A stretch of DNA of 64,000 bases from Camelus ferus (lineage: Eukaryota). Both the position numbers and the translations under genes were made by a program. This document shows, in pieces, positions 63,683-64,000 of this stretch (position 1 is the stretch's first letter; each line of letters starts with the position of its first letter). The stretch lies in contig NC_045696.1 of assembly GCF_009834535.1 (NCBI RefSeq), positions 110,858,001 through 110,922,000 on the forward strand. Reading direction: 5' to 3'. Below the pieces are notes generated by a model, which had not been told where the DNA came from, did not search any database, and saw only the letters and a program-made list of their open reading frames with translations.

Positions 63683-64000
63683 TTCTTAAACTCACTCCAC
63701 TCACCAATACAATCATTTTTTGTCAAGACCACCAGGGATCTCCATGCTGCTAAATCTAGGGTCTCTTCCATTATTCCATGACTGAAACACTCTCTTTACT
63801 TGGATTCTGGGACTTCCACAGTCTTCTGATTTTCTTCCTACCTGCTTATCCACTCTTTTGCCATCTCATTAGCTGGTTCTTGTTCTCCTGTCCTCTGAAC
63901 ACTGGAGTGCCCTGGGACTCCAAAAACTTCTCTTTTCTACCTATACTCACATCCTACTTTAAATACCAGCCATAATACTATATACTGATGACTCCCAAAT

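Noticed and set aside
1..64000. CRISPR arrays, operons, rRNA or other prokaryotic/defence systems
   Set aside because: No regularly spaced direct repeats or dense coding sequence. The window is mammalian intronic/intergenic DNA.

Overview
Mammalian (placental) genomic DNA, AT-rich, CpG-depleted and heavily repeat-derived. The young LINE-1 3' ends and a tRNA-derived SINE look like the camelid (alpaca/camel) families I recall; this is an inference from memory, not a database match. There are no prokaryotic features (no operons, CRISPR, rRNA), and almost all entries in the ORF track are either L1 fragments or chance ORFs. Much of the window is L1, L2, MIR, MER5/MER20/MER58 DNA transposons, MaLR/ERVL relics and ERV solo LTRs, several with readable target-site duplications. 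The main non-repeat signal is a minus-strand spliced gene that the ORF track does not show. Its last three exons (50585-50642, 49274-49347, 44155-44226) have canonical splice sites and matching phases, and give VLYSAAIFMRPPHTILPSPAFYRVNLSDSKNRGCLHLLCKAFTEETSINIFDDISYFVDPIWENTVY*. The next exon upstream (about 54413/54418-54533) has stops in all three frames, so the locus is either a disabled unitary gene or encodes a ~75-aa microprotein. I could not name the protein. Other notable items: a 4.7-kb L1 with both ends but lacking the RT region, a probable short L1 3' transduction, a cluster of seven CACGTG E-boxes with a 12-bp inverted repeat at 61.3-61.9 kb, and a possible plus-strand terminal exon at 8567.
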